The notes below the pieces were generated by a model. It saw nothing but the letters and a program-made list of their open reading frames with translations. It ran no database searches and was not told the DNA's origin. A stretch of DNA of 63,359 bases, the filler included, from Choristocarpus tenellus KU-1152 (taxonomy: Eukaryota; Protista; Phaeophyceae): NCBI GenBank assembly GCA_964200185.2. It is 9 parts of 9 records of this genome, joined end to end, with 100 filler letters (N's around TTAATTAATTAA, not from the genome) between each part and the next. Parts side by side here need not be neighbours in the genome. Positions count along the whole stretch, not along the records: positions 59,627 to 63,359 come from CAXNAD020018242.1; 8 more parts are not named here. One strand, given 5' to 3'. The position numbers and the translations under genes were made by a program. Each line of letters starts with the position of its first letter. The first letter of the stretch is position 1. Below, piece by piece: positions 63,308 through 63,359 of this stretch.

Positions 63308-63359
63308 TTGTGCACCCCCCCCCCCCCTAAGCTCTTTTCCCACAAAACGCTCACTCAAC

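Noticed and set aside
1-63359. Fanzor/TnpB, Helitron, Polinton or phaeovirus hallmark genes
   Set aside because: No RuvC, Rep/helicase, pPolB, capsid or EsV-1-7 motifs were recognised by eye, although very decayed copies cannot be excluded.

Overview
Eukaryotic genomic DNA, most likely from a brown alga or close stramenopile. This is inferred from kb-sized GT-AG introns, (TTAGGG)n runs and pogo-like transposase tails of the kind seen in Ectocarpus. The window is nine contigs joined by artificial 100-bp N/TTAATTAATTAA/N linkers, so neighbouring contigs need not be adjacent in the genome. I could splice by hand four 5'-truncated host genes: (1) a cytochrome b5 heme-domain protein with a possible FAD-binding reductase segment (-, 12959-20166); (2) the last 13 exons (663 aa) of a large EF-hand/Vps62-like protein (+, 20608-35224); (3) the 3' end of DEAD-box helicase DDX47/RRP3 (-, 44699-47212); (4) the C-terminus of a membrane protein, possibly MCTP/PRT_C-like (-, 56592-59526). 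The rest is mostly TE debris: DD-D mariner, IS630/Tc1-like, pogo, Ty3/gypsy, Ty1/copia and LINE fragments, plus an abundant MITE clan sharing a GAGTCAAAGTATCT-type terminus with 4-bp TSDs (Sola-like). The most unusual observations are a 10x37-bp array built from a MITE terminus plus its flank, intronic telomeric repeats placed next to splice sites (including CCCTAAC runs at a branch-point position), a triplicated splice donor that creates potential in-frame 12-nt microexons, a decayed ORF with ~63-aa repeats and a Ulp1-like tail, and a minimal copia LTR-PBS relic nested in a MITE. No CRISPR array, tRNA, rRNA or intact transposase was found, and I cannot support a complete new multi-gene system from the sequence alone.
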